Below, piece by piece: positions 40,256-50,238 of a stretch of 64,000 nt of DNA. Position 1 is the first letter of the stretch. Each line of letters begins with the position of its first letter. This DNA is from an uncultured delta proteobacterium (GTDB taxonomy: Bacteria > Desulfobacterota > Binatia > UBA9968): assembly GCA_963771465.1 (NCBI GenBank), contig CAVYTU010000019.1, positions 1 to 64,000 on the forward strand. The letters are read 5' to 3'. Below the pieces are notes generated by a model. The model was not told where the DNA came from. It worked only from the letters and a program-made list of their open reading frames with translations, and ran no database searches. A program made the translations under genes and the position numbers.

Positions 40256-41122
40256 ATGAACATACCCGAGACCACCCAAGTGCAGCGAAAAGCTAATCTA
40301 CCCCACGACCAATTTTTAGCCGAGCATCTGGCGCAGTCGCGTCCAGTGATTTTGACGGACGCCATCTCCCACTGGAAGGCATTAACGCAATGGACGCCAA
40401 AGTTTTTTTTAGAGCGATATGGTTCTGCCACGGTGATTATCGACGGCAAGTCCTACGCAATGGCAGATTTCATCCAATCAGTTTTGCATTCAGAACAAGA
40501 TCACCCCGCTCCATACCTGCGTAATTATCTTATCGAAAGATATTTCCCTGAGTTGTTGCCGGATATCATGCCGCTGCCTCAATACATGCGGCCTAATTGG
40601 TTCGAAAGCCGCCTTTTCCCGTCAAAACAATCATGTACCTTCCTTGAGTTATATATCGGCGGACGTGGCGCGACCTTTCCGTCTTTACACTTTGATGGAT
40701 GGCATACCCATGCGTTTTTGATGCAACTCCACGGCGTGAAGCAGTACCTATTTTTACCGCCTGAACAAACACCTTTAGTATACCCAGGCAGAGCCGGGGC
40801 CCATAACGTTTCCGTGCTCGAAGATGTCGAACACCCGGACTTAATGCGGTTTCCGCTTTTCGCTCAAGCAACCCCCATTCGCTGTGAGCTTCATCCTGGA
40901 GAAACCCTCTTTGTCCCCGCCGGATGGTGGCACACCGCTCGCATTTTGAGTCCGTCCATTACCGTTTCCGCCAACACTGCCAATAGTACGAATTGGCAAC
41001 AATTGGTACCGGACTACTGTGCATACATGGGAAGCCAAAAATCACGGCTGTATAACCACGCGCTGCGATTGCAGTTGGAGATGCTCGGGCTGCTTGCTCC
41101 CCTTTTGGATTGGATCTATTAG
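40256..41122 (+). CDS. JmjC / cupin-like 8 Fe(II)-2OG hydroxylase
   Basis: RPVILTD...W.A...WT, LHFD, G.K, LHPGETLFVPAGWWH. Confidence 0.9.
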   Translation: MNIPETTQVQRKANLPHDQFLAEHLAQSRPVILTDAISHWKALTQWTPKFFLERYGSATVIIDGKSYAMADFIQSVLHSEQDHPAPYLRNYLIERYFPELLPDIMPLPQYMRPNWFESRLFPSKQSCTFLELYIGGRGATFPSLHFDGWHTHAFLMQLHGVKQYLFLPPEQTPLVYPGRAGAHNVSVLEDVEHPDLMRFPLFAQATPIRCELHPGETLFVPAGWWHTARILSPSITVSANTANSTNWQQLVPDYCAYMGSQKSRLYNHALRLQLEMLGLLAPLLDWIY

Positions 41123-41156
41123 CCTGCCCTGGTGATCCGTTATTACCGAGGGGAGC

Positions 41157-41183
41157 GGTGTCAGTTTAATAAGTCTAATAACT
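41157..41183. repeat. Type-D-like terminus
   Basis: GGTGTCAGTTTAATAAGTCTAATAACT. Confidence 0.55.
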
Positions 41184-41570
41184 CTGGTATCTCCTGCCTC
41201 CGCTACGCCATTCCCGAGTCCACGCTAGCTGTGGAAAATTCTTAAGCTAATTTTTTCATCAGTGCACCGCAGGATGTCCCCGGCCCAGCCCATGTTCATC
41301 GGCGTGAGATAGTACGCAGGTGGCGGCAAAAAATGGTTTGCGGCGACCTCGGCGAGGAATAGTCCTTATTGAATGCGACGCCTGATCCGAGCGGGAAATC
41401 CCTTGCTGTCAATCTAAGCTTGTCCCGCTAGCGAGACGCGCCAAAATGTAAATGGTCTCAAACGCGCAACACTGCTGCGGGTATGTTCCCCAAATGACGT
41501 TTAACAACCATCCTAAGTCGGGCCGCAATGAATAAACATACGGCATATCGTTTGCGATGTTTCATACGCG

Positions 41571-41750
41571 ATGAACTCTGTATGCAGACACTGCGAGAAC
41601 TGGATCGACGGAATCGCATATAGAGTATTGAGCCAGGACAATGGCAGCATCCTGCTCAACATGATTGTGTGTGATCGGTGTGCGATGGTTGCGCGCCGCT
41701 TAGGATTGGCGGTTGTAAAAATAGCCGCGCCTGTCGAATGCGAAGATTAG
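41571..41750 (+). CDS. Small CxxC...CxxC protein (59 aa, below the ORF-track cut-off)
   Basis: MNSVCRHCENWIDGIAYRV...MIVCDRCAMVARRLGL; sigma-54-like CGGCAT-N5-TTGC just upstream. Confidence 0.55.
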   Translation: MNSVCRHCENWIDGIAYRVLSQDNGSILLNMIVCDRCAMVARRLGLAVVKIAAPVECED

Positions 41751-41867
41751 AACGCGATGCGTCGTGGTGATAAGCATTCGCGATCCGACCTGTTCCACTT
41801 CCAGCAAATGATAGTTGTCTAATTTGGACAATCCCTTTGAATTGAACTAACGAACGGAAACTCGAAG

Positions 41868-42029
41868 ATGTCTGATAAACGCGAGGAGATCGAAAAATTA
41901 ATTAAGGCCAGCATAAAACTCATAAAGCAAGGGCAAACGCTTGCCACGAGACATCGAGAGCTCGTGGACGAACTTAAAAAGAACATCGCCAAATACGAAC
42001 GAATAATAGAAAAACGGAAATCAGACTGA
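41868..42029 (+). CDS. Small coiled-coil hypothetical protein (53 aa)
   Basis: MSDKREEIEKLIKASIKL...ELKKNIAKYERIIEKRKSD. Confidence 0.4.
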   Translation: MSDKREEIEKLIKASIKLIKQGQTLATRHRELVDELKKNIAKYERIIEKRKSD

Positions 42030-42161
42030 ACCCATACCCGGAAATGGATCGACCTGTACGCCTTTAAGGAAAACGTCGCCGTACTTAAAAAATCTCCAAA
42101 GTGTGTTGCGCCACCCAGCCTGGACCGTCCAAGCGTTAATATATTGGGATAGCCGATAAAA

Positions 42162-42398
42162 ATGGATCGTATTGAAGATCGGGACATCAACCGCCTGTGG
42201 GGCGAGCACTATCCCAAATCAAAGACGAACATCTTGTCCAAATCTCTCTGCGTGACGATCGCATTGATAATTGAGAATAAGGCGCGGCTAATCATGGGTG
42301 ACAACGACCTAGTGGATAACCTCCATTTCCTCTTAAAGCACTACGGCATCCCCAAAGAGCAGTTCTACGAGATCGAAAAGGAGATCGGCAACGTTTGA
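42162..42398 (+). CDS. Small hypothetical protein
   Basis: ATG-initiated 78-aa ORF with natural composition. Confidence 0.5.
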   Translation: MDRIEDRDINRLWGEHYPKSKTNILSKSLCVTIALIIENKARLIMGDNDLVDNLHFLLKHYGIPKEQFYEIEKEIGNV

Positions 42399-42530
42399 AG
42401 ACAAGGCCAATCAACGGCTGTCGTGAACAACACGGATCATCCTCTGGTTAGCCGTTAGGAAACGAATATCGCCGCCAAGACCACAATCGCCACCAAAACA
42501 CCACGAAGACACCCCGTAAACGATTATGTT

Positions 42531-42610
42531 TTAAATCTTCGAAACGATGACCGGCGCATTTTGACCCGGGGTAATGTTAAAACGCTGCTTCAGGTCGGCA
42601 AGATTTGGTT
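42531..42610 (-). pseudogene. Fragment of an SOS response-associated peptidase (SRAP)
   Basis: RFNITPGQNAPVIV matches the SRAP RYNIAP.Q..PVI motif. Confidence 0.5.
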
Positions 42611-42792
42611 GTTCAAAATCATCATCAACACGACGAGCGCCACCAAACAACGCTCGTAAGAGAGCACTCTCCCGATATTGATGCCTACCTTGTGCGCGCG
42701 TTCTTATTGGCAATGACCTTGTTGCCAGTTGGCGCAGGTGGTAGTCGTCACCTACGACCGCGAAAAATTTTGCGGTTATTGCACTTGAGGAG

Positions 42793-44874
42793 GTGACCAT
42801 GAGCTCGACGGGACAGCAGACGCAGCGGAAGACGAACGCCGCGGCGCCAGGGCGCGTTCAGCCGTCCGGCAGTCCGGGCGCCGCCAAGGCTAACGTGCAG
42901 TCGAAGATGCCGCCGCGCAAGACGTGGCTGTGGTTCGTTCTCGTCTTGCTCGCTAACTTCTTGATCGTGCGGCTTCTCATACCGGGCCCCAAAGCACCGG
43001 TCACCGTGCCCTACACTCTCTTCAAGGAAGAAGTTAGGAAGCGCAACGTCGAGGCGATCTACACCCGGGGCGAGATCCTCACGGGCCGCTTCAAGACGAC
43101 GGTCACCTATCCGCGAGCGGGTGAAAAAAAAGCGCCCGACGGCGGGCCCCAGATCCCGAATCTTCGCGCGGATCGCCAGCCCGAACAGGTGAGTACCTTC
43201 GCGACCACGCTGCCCTCCTTCGTAGACCCGGGTTTGGAAACATTCTTAATCGATCATGGTGTCGAGATCAGCGCCGAGCCGATCCAAGAAAGCGAAAGCC
43301 CCTGGTCGACATTTCTTTTCGGCTTTGGCCCGGCCTTGCTGCTCATCGCTTTTTACGTCTGGCTATTCCGTCGGGCCGCGCAGCAGGGCGGCGCGATGGG
43401 CGGTGGCCTAATGGGCATCGGCCGCAGCAGGGCGCGGCGCTACGACGAGGAGAAGGACACGAAAGTCACCTTCAATGACGTTGCCGGCATCGACGAAGCC
43501 GAAAACGAGCTGGTCGAGATCGTGGATTTTCTCCGCGACCCCAAGAAATACACGCGCCTGGGCGGGGCCGCTCCGAAAGGCGTGCTCTTGATCGGCGCGC
43601 CCGGCACCGGGAAAACCTTGTTGGCGCGAGCGGTCGCGGGAGAAGCGGGGGTGCCGTTCTTCTCGATGAGCGCTGCGGAGTTCGTCGAGATGATCGTCGG
43701 GGTCGGTGCGGCGAGAGTGCGCGATCTTTTCAAGCAGGCGCGCGAGCAAGCGCCCGCGATCGTCTTCATCGATGAGCTGGATGCCATCGGCCGCGCGCGC
43801 GGGCAGATGGCGCTCGGCGGGTCGAGCGAACAGGAGCAAACTTTGAATCAAATCCTAACCGAAATGGACGGGTTCTCGAGCCGGGAGGGCATCATCGTAT
43901 TGGCGGCGACGAATCAACCCGACGTGCTCGACAAAGCGCTGTTGCGGCCGGGACGCTTCGATCGGCGCGTGGTGGTGAACCTGCCGGATAAGACCGGGCG
44001 CGAAGCGATCTTGAAAGTTCACACTCGCAGCGTGCCGCTGGCGAACGACGCAAACTTAGGCGAAGTCGCCGCCACGACGCCGGGGTTCTCGGGGGCCGAT
44101 CTAAAAAACCTGGTGAACGAGGCGGCGCTGCTGGCGGCGCGGCGCGAGCAGAACGAAGTGCGTTACAAAGATTTCCTCGACGCGCTCGAGAAGATCGTGC
44201 TCGGCCCCGAGCGGCCACTTCTCTTGACCCGCGCCGATAAGGAACGCATCGCCTACCACGAGGGAGGGCACGCCATCCTCGGTCTAGTGGTGCCCGGCGC
44301 CGACCCGGTGAATCGGGTGACGATCGTGCCGCGCGGGCAAGCTCTCGGTGTGACTTATCAGCGCCCCGACAGCGACCGCTATAACTATCCGGAAGCCTAT
44401 TTGCGCGCGCGCATCGTCGGCATGTTGGGAGGCCGCGCGGCCGAGGAGATCGTTTACGGCACCAAGACGACCGGCGCGGAAAGCGACATCGAGCAAGCCA
44501 CCGGCTTGGCGCGCCGGATGGTCACGCGCTGGGGCATGAGCGAGCGCGTCGGACTGGTAGAGCTCGCGCCGCGTGAGAACCCTTACCTGAGCGGCGCCAA
44601 CGGTTACGGCGGCGCCAAGCCATTCAGCGAGAGAACCGCTGAAGCCATTGACGCCGAGGTGCTCAAGATCATCGGCGAAAGCCACGACGAGGCCAAGCGA
44701 CTCTTGAACGCGCATCGCAAGCAACTCGACGCGCTCGTTGAAGCCCTGCTGTTGCGCGAGACCCTCAACGAGCAGGAAATCCTCGATGCCACGGGGCTCC
44801 CGCGTGCGCCAGCGCTCGAGACGGGGATCCTGCCTCTTACCGATGCGGACAGCGGGAGCGCTCACGACCTCTAA
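42793..44874 (+). CDS. ftsH: ATP-dependent zinc metalloprotease FtsH (probably an accessory paralog)
   Basis: Two TM segments; [29 protein letters not shown]. Confidence 0.96.
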   Translation: MTMSSTGQQTQRKTNAAAPGRVQPSGSPGAAKANVQSKMPPRKTWLWFVLVLLANFLIVRLLIPGPKAPVTVPYTLFKEEVRKRNVEAIYTRGEILTGRFKTTVTYPRAGEKKAPDGGPQIPNLRADRQPEQVSTFATTLPSFVDPGLETFLIDHGVEISAEPIQESESPWSTFLFGFGPALLLIAFYVWLFRRAAQQGGAMGGGLMGIGRSRARRYDEEKDTKVTFNDVAGIDEAENELVEIVDFLRDPKKYTRLGGAAPKGVLLIGAPGTGKTLLARAVAGEAGVPFFSMSAAEFVEMIVGVGAARVRDLFKQAREQAPAIVFIDELDAIGRARGQMALGGSSEQEQTLNQILTEMDGFSSREGIIVLAATNQPDVLDKALLRPGRFDRRVVVNLPDKTGREAILKVHTRSVPLANDANLGEVAATTPGFSGADLKNLVNEAALLAARREQNEVRYKDFLDALEKIVLGPERPLLLTRADKERIAYHEGGHAILGLVVPGADPVNRVTIVPRGQALGVTYQRPDSDRYNYPEAYLRARIVGMLGGRAAEEIVYGTKTTGAESDIEQATGLARRMVTRWGMSERVGLVELAPRENPYLSGANGYGGAKPFSERTAEAIDAEVLKIIGESHDEAKRLLNAHRKQLDALVEALLLRETLNEQEILDATGLPRAPALETGILPLTDADSGSAHDL

Positions 44875-45199
44875 TCCTCATTGATGCAGCGGGCGCAGCT
44901 TCTGGTCGTACTCGGTAACTAGGAAGTCCCGTCGCGTCGCGGGTTAATCGGTCTTTACCCTGGCATGGAAAAAGCGCCACTGATGGGTCACATCGATAGT
45001 TTCGGAACATCTAAAAGAAATACTACTTGTCGCAGCTCTGTTAACGCTTTACCGTATCTTCCGTCGAATTGCTGAAACGGGGAAGATTTGACACACCCCA
45101 CACGCGACTTAGAAGTTTCCTAATTTGATTACGTAAGATTTTTTGTAGTCGTTTCAGAAATCCGTTGATTGGCCAGTGCTTCATGTGTAACGATCGGCC

Positions 45200-45418
45200 A
45201 TGGCGGTGATCGTAAAGATGCCGATAGACACCTATCGAGATTTTCTCGGTAGGTTCCCTTTATCGAGCCGTGGTTATGCCGTCCTGACAAATTCCATACT
45301 CCAGGGAGCGACCACGAGTGATTCCTCAATCATAGAAATGCTCTGCCAAATTCACGACGTGAACCTTATCCTTGAACGCGCAAAACGATTCTATCCCGGC
45401 GCTGCTCCCTACCTTTGA
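45200..45418 (+). CDS. Small hypothetical protein, overlapping the next ORF
   Basis: ATG-initiated 72 aa; may be frameshift-joined to 45415-45603. Confidence 0.45.
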   Translation: MAVIVKMPIDTYRDFLGRFPLSSRGYAVLTNSILQGATTSDSSIIEMLCQIHDVNLILERAKRFYPGAAPYL

Positions 45419-45603
45419 AAGCGTTAACCTCGGTACGCGGCGGCGAATATCGAAAAACCAGGATTGGCGATGCTTGGCACTTCAATTCGAATTGTTCTCT
45501 GTGGCCGATGGCTGAATACGTCTCAAGCCAAGACGCGCCGGATAATTCGACGATCTGTAATGAATGCATCGTCAAGAAACAGCATGGGGATTCCTCAGCG
45601 TAA
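45415..45603 (+). CDS. Small Cys/His protein (WH...NCS.WP...CNEC)
   Basis: Putative Zn-binding motif. Confidence 0.45.
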   Translation: MKALTSVRGGEYRKTRIGDAWHFNSNCSLWPMAEYVSSQDAPDNSTICNECIVKKQHGDSSA

Positions 45604-45662
45604 TTTCATATCCCTATTGCCTGATCTTAGGACACCATCATCGTGTCAAAGTTATTGACCCG

Positions 45663-46832
45663 CTAAAATCTCTTCAGGCTGAAACTACTGATATCGATCT
45701 TGCTTCTGCCGTCGATGACATGCTCCGCCAGCGCCTCGCCAATCCCCGCCGAATGTTTGAATCCATGTCCTGAGCAAGGCGACGCAATAATTATGCGATC
45801 GTTATCCGGGTGAACGTCGATGACGAAATTCGAATCCGGCGTCACGGTATACAGGCAACTCGCTGCGGTGTCGCAGCGATCGGAAATTCTCGGCAGACGG
45901 CCTTGGACATAATCTTTGTACATGGATTGCGCTTCTTCCATGCCGACCGCCCGCTGCGCGTGATCTGGATCGGTGAGCGTTGTGAATTGCTCGGTCGCGA
46001 TCTTGATAGTTTTGCCGTCGAGCGTCGGGAAGCCATAGAAACCAAACTCGCCGCCCTTGGCAAAGATCCAAATGAAAATCGGAAAGCGCGCTGGCGCAAA
46101 CGTCGAGCCGCAATCATCCCTGATGTCGAACCAGTACATGACTTGCCGGGATACCTTGAATAAATGCGCGTATGCCGGCGGTAGAAAGCTGGCAATCCAA
46201 GGTCCGGCGGTGATGATGACTTTCTCGGCGCAGTAGGCGCCGCGGCTGGTCGTAACCGTCACGCCGGCATCGCCGCGGCTTTCGACCGAAACTACGGTCT
46301 CGTCAGTTTGAACAATCGCGCCGTGCTTGCGCGCAAGATGCAGTTGCATCTCGATACAAAGTTCCGGCCTGAGAAATCCCGTTTCATATTCGAAGTAAGC
46401 GCGCTCATCGGTTACGGCAAACTGCGGAAAGCGTTTTCTTATGTCCGCGGTTTCGAAGATTTCATGGCGGATGTCGAACTTCTCGGCACAGCGGATCGCT
46501 TGATCCAAAAAATCACGCCGGCCGTGCAAAGCGGCCTCGCTCTTTTGACTTTCCAGGGTCAGGCCGCCCGTGATCGTCAAGAGCTTCTTGCCGGTTTCGT
46601 TTTCGATCTCGCGCCACAATTCATAAGAGCGCAGGACCAAGGGGACGTATTCCTCGCCTTCGCCAATCGCCTGTCGGATAATCCGACTCTCGCCGTGGGA
46701 CGAGCCGTTGGCATGCGGCGGGGAAAACCGGTCGAGGCCAAGCACTTTGTTGCCGCGTTTCGCGAGTTGGTAAACCGCAGCGCTCCCCATGGCGCCGAGA
46801 CCGACTACGATCGTGTCGAACTGAGTGATCAT
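45663..46832 (-). CDS. solA: N-methyl-L-tryptophan oxidase / monomeric sarcosine oxidase
   Basis: GLGAMG, GSSHGESRIIR, CLYTVTPD, CSGHGFKH. Confidence 0.92.
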   Translation of the reverse strand: MITQFDTIVVGLGAMGSAAVYQLAKRGNKVLGLDRFSPPHANGSSHGESRIIRQAIGEGEEYVPLVLRSYELWREIENETGKKLLTITGGLTLESQKSEAALHGRRDFLDQAIRCAEKFDIRHEIFETADIRKRFPQFAVTDERAYFEYETGFLRPELCIEMQLHLARKHGAIVQTDETVVSVESRGDAGVTVTTSRGAYCAEKVIITAGPWIASFLPPAYAHLFKVSRQVMYWFDIRDDCGSTFAPARFPIFIWIFAKGGEFGFYGFPTLDGKTIKIATEQFTTLTDPDHAQRAVGMEEAQSMYKDYVQGRLPRISDRCDTAASCLYTVTPDSNFVIDVHPDNDRIIIASPCSGHGFKHSAGIGEALAEHVIDGRSKIDISSFSLKRF

Positions 46833-47065
46833 TGCTCCGGCGTCGGTTTATTACGGCTCTGCCCGGCACGCAAGACCTCCCGCAGGTCCAAGAGCCTTCC
46901 TGATAAAGCAGAACCACCGTGCTAGCGGCGATGCTTCTAAACGGCGAAGTCGGAAAGTTGTAGTCGATAAGACAAGCTAGGGTGAGAGGCGCTTATGATT
47001 CTCGATTACTTGCTAGGGAAGAGATCGCTCTCTCCCCTAGCCAAACTCGTCCTTTCCGGTTGTCA

Positions 47066-47368
47066 TTATTCACCGTCCTCATAGATCTCGCGCTGCATCA
47101 CGCGCCGCTGTGCTCTGATCTCATCGATTCCCACGACGTCATGATCACACGACCCGTAGAAGTCAACGATGTTGCCGGCGTCCTCGTTGAGAACCGGTCG
47201 ATCCCACGACAGAGTATCTTCGCGCATGGGCGGGAACTTCATGTGGCAGTACTCACCGGCCTCGGCCGGAACCCGCACGATGGGCAGATCGGTCGCCGCC
47301 ACGGGTAGCCCCCAGAACAGCGTGGAAGACAGCAGCAGGTTGGATAGAAGCGATATACCTTTAGTCAT
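47066..47368 (-). CDS. Small secreted protein of the YCHMKFP...DFYGxCDHD family
   Basis: AGGAGGT RBS; signal peptide; paralog of 14177-14404. Confidence 0.8.
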   Translation of the reverse strand: MTKGISLLSNLLLSSTLFWGLPVAATDLPIVRVPAEAGEYCHMKFPPMREDTLSWDRPVLNEDAGNIVDFYGSCDHDVVGIDEIRAQRRVMQREIYEDGE

Positions 47369-47419
47369 TTTGTTCACCTCCTTTCCGTTTGAACTTTTAC
47401 TCCCTGCCTGAGCGACTAC

Positions 47420-47434
47420 GCATCGATCGTGCCA
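47420..47434 (-). promoter_or_regulatory. Sigma-54 (-24/-12) promoter
   Basis: Minus strand TGGCAC-GATCG-ATGC, about 50 nt upstream of the ATG at 47368. Confidence 0.7.
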
Positions 47435-47686
47435 ATAATCGATACCGCCAACTCGCATGTTCCCTATGACGAATGGAATGCCAATCGCGCGATTGCAGGG
47501 AGAATATCGAGGTAAAATTGCCGTTGAGAAATCGGTTAGCGATTTCATTGTGCAAACCTAGTTGACGATGTGGCACCCAAGTTACCAGTGCGCACAGCGA
47601 CCATTGACCGGCAAGAAGCGAGACTGATACAGTGCGGCGTAAATCGGCTACGCTGGTGATTTTAATCGGTTAATCAGGAGGTCAAT

Positions 47687-48802
47687 ATGGCGATCGGACT
47701 TTCACACGGCGGCTCTAACGTATACGCCGCGACGGAGCGTTCGCGGCAACTGTGGGTTGGCACCCAGGACGGGCTCGTGCTCTTCGAACGCGGCGCCGAC
47801 GGCTGGCGCGAAGCACAGCGCGCGCTGCGCGGCCAACACATCAGCTCGATCATCTTCGAAAAATCCAGCGGCACGATGTTCGCCGGCGCGTTCTTCGGTT
47901 CGATTCACGCCAGCGCCGACGGCGGCAAAACCTGGGAGCGGCGCGATAACGGCATGACGATTCACGATGTCTACAGTCTCGCCTCCCACGTCGTCGACGG
48001 CAAAGTGCGCGTCTATGCCGGCACCCAACCCGCGCATCTGTTCGTCAGCGAAGACTTGGGAACGCACTGGAGTGAGATTGCATCGCTGCGCGAAGTTCCC
48101 ACCACCTCGCAATGGTCGTTTCCCGCGCCGCCCCACGTCGCGCATACGAAATTCATCACCTTCGATCCGCGCGACGCTCACACCATCTATGCCTGCGTCG
48201 AACAGGGCGCGTTTTTAAAAAGCAGCGACCTGGGCAAAAGTTGGCGCGAGCTCAACACCGTCGGTTTATACCAGGATAAGAACCGCCCGGTGGAGCATTT
48301 TTATGACGTGCACCGCTGCTTGATCGATCCGCGCGATCCACAAAGCATTTACGTCACCGGCGGCGCGGGGCTTTACGTGACTCATACGGGCGGCGGCAGC
48401 TGGGAACGCTGGACCGCAGCCGACTGGGCGGCGGATGTTTATCCCGACGGCTTTGTCTGGAATCCGAAAAACCCCGACACGATGTTTGTCGCGGCAGCCG
48501 AGCATAATCCGGTAACCTGGCGCAAGGCCGGGGCGGCGGCGCGCGCCGAAGGCAAACTTTATCGCAGTAAAGACGGCGGAAAAAACTGGCAACGGCTCGC
48601 CGGCGGGCTGCCGTCGAGTTTGAAGCACGAGTTCGGCGCGCTTTGCCTCGAAGAAGCCAACGGCGCCTGCGCGATCTTCGGCGGCACCACCGGCGGCGAA
48701 GTCTATTGCAGTGAAGACAACGGCGAGAACTGGACGTTGATCACAACTGAATTGGCGCCGATCTCGAAGAAAGGGCATGAAAGATTGTTAGCGGCGAGCT
48801 GA
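47687..48802 (+). CDS. Cytoplasmic BNR/Asp-box beta-propeller protein
   Basis: AGGAGG RBS; repeated S.D.G.(T/N)W motifs; WSFPAPPHVAH; no signal peptide. Confidence 0.88.
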   Translation: MAIGLSHGGSNVYAATERSRQLWVGTQDGLVLFERGADGWREAQRALRGQHISSIIFEKSSGTMFAGAFFGSIHASADGGKTWERRDNGMTIHDVYSLASHVVDGKVRVYAGTQPAHLFVSEDLGTHWSEIASLREVPTTSQWSFPAPPHVAHTKFITFDPRDAHTIYACVEQGAFLKSSDLGKSWRELNTVGLYQDKNRPVEHFYDVHRCLIDPRDPQSIYVTGGAGLYVTHTGGGSWERWTAADWAADVYPDGFVWNPKNPDTMFVAAAEHNPVTWRKAGAAARAEGKLYRSKDGGKNWQRLAGGLPSSLKHEFGALCLEEANGACAIFGGTTGGEVYCSEDNGENWTLITTELAPISKKGHERLLAAS

Positions 48803-48848
48803 AAAACTACCCGCAGAACGAAATCCGATTCCGAATCCGAATCCGATT

Positions 48849-48951
48849 CCTTCACCCTCGACGGGGGAAGGTTAGGATAGAGATGCTCAATGCGCGATGA
48901 ACCGATTGCCAACGTCACCCCCATCTTAATATTCCCCCGTCAAGGGGGAAG
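48849..48951. repeat. REP-like imperfect inverted repeat pair
   Basis: CCTTCACCCTCGACGGGGGAAGG ... TTCCCCCGTCAAGGGGGAAG. Confidence 0.65.
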
Positions 48952-49011
48952 AGACCGGATTAGAAGCGACGAGGCACGATTGAGTAAAATTTCTCTTTCA
49001 CAAAAACAGCG

Positions 49012-49761
49012 ATGACTGTCTCATCCGACAAACCCGGCGCCGCACTGGCCGAGCAGCTCATCAAGCAAAGCCAGGCCGAGGCTGCGGCCACGCCGATGGA
49101 CGCGGTGCTTGACGCGGCGCGCGCGGGGCGCTTTACCGACGATCGCTGTTTTCGCCTGCTCGCGCGGCTGTGGACGCTTAAGCGCACGATGTATTACGTC
49201 TACGGCGGCTGGGCCCAGGGAATCAACCTAAACGACTATCCGCCCGCGGTCGCTTATCTGTTCGGCAAACAAACCCATGACGAGTCGACTCAAGAGATGC
49301 AGCTTTGCGATGAGATGCTGCGCCGCGGCTGGGCGCCGACACAGAAAAAACTGTTCGAGCATCCCTATGCGCAATTTGGCACCGCAACGCGCACTGGCTC
49401 GTACATCTTTTGCTTGCGCGCCTTGGCCAACTATCCGCAAAACATTCGCATCGCCGCGCACAATCTCGGGCCCAAAGTGATCGAACTCGCCTGGACCGAG
49501 AAGTTCGCCAAGTTATTTCCCGATGAATCCATGCACGCGCTGTTTCACAGCCAACTTGCCGAGACCCGCAGCCACGTGCTCATGGGCCGTTTTCAGGTGG
49601 AAAGATTCGTAACCAAGCAAGTCGACGCCGAATTAGCCACGCGGCTATGCGCCGAAACCCGGCGCGACTATTTGTTCTTTCTCGAAGAGAGCGCGCGCTT
49701 CGTCTTGGGTTTAGCGGAAGAAAAATCCGGCGAAGTCACAGTGCAAGCGGACATCGACTGA
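49012..49761 (+). CDS. Ferritin-like fold protein with degenerate diiron ligands
   Basis: KQTHDESTQ and SQLAETRSH align with RQIWDEVKH and SQSAEELMH of 50239-50979. Confidence 0.7.
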   Translation: MTVSSDKPGAALAEQLIKQSQAEAAATPMDAVLDAARAGRFTDDRCFRLLARLWTLKRTMYYVYGGWAQGINLNDYPPAVAYLFGKQTHDESTQEMQLCDEMLRRGWAPTQKKLFEHPYAQFGTATRTGSYIFCLRALANYPQNIRIAAHNLGPKVIELAWTEKFAKLFPDESMHALFHSQLAETRSHVLMGRFQVERFVTKQVDAELATRLCAETRRDYLFFLEESARFVLGLAEEKSGEVTVQADID

Positions 49762-49829
49762 GCGCTTACACAATTTGGAATATGGAATCTGGAATTTGTA
49801 ATCTGTAATCCAGCGCCGCACGGGGACTC

Positions 49830-50102
49830 ATGGCATCGCTCAAGATAGATCACGCAAAATGCACCGAGTGCCGCATGTGCTACGTCGTCTGCCGCGAGAT
49901 CGAAATCAACGCGGTGGTCGTCTCGCCGACTTCGCAGCATCTCTTGGAAATCGACGAGCGCTGCACCTATCCAGGTTGCACGGTATGCTTGATGTATTGT
50001 CCAGCCGAAGGCTCGATTGTTGAAAGCGACACCGGCCGTTCAATGGTGCCGCCACCCCCAGAAGTCTGGACCGAAAATAGAAGATGGTTGCGGCTCCCTT
50101 GA
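49830..50102 (+). CDS. 2x[4Fe-4S] ferredoxin
   Basis: CTECRMCYVVC and CTYPGCTVCLMYCP. Confidence 0.88.
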   Translation: MASLKIDHAKCTECRMCYVVCREIEINAVVVSPTSQHLLEIDERCTYPGCTVCLMYCPAEGSIVESDTGRSMVPPPPEVWTENRRWLRLP

Positions 50103-50126
50103 ACAGTCAGGTAAATTTGAACTCAG

Positions 50127-50200
50127 AGAAAGATTTCTCGCAGGGCTCGAAATGACAAGCAAGCTGCGTTGTCATCTCGAACGGAGTGAGAGATCTTTCC
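50127..50200. repeat. REP-like inverted repeat
   Basis: GAAAGATTTCTC...CGAAATGACAA / TTGTCATCTCG...GAGAGATCTTTC. Confidence 0.7.
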
Positions 50201-50238
50201 CAACATAAATGAATGAAAGCACTTGATCGGAGCCAAAC

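Noticed and set aside
48822-48850. ATCCGA hexamer repeat as a functional element
   Set aside because: Only 4-5 imperfect units next to a REP-like element; probably slippage.
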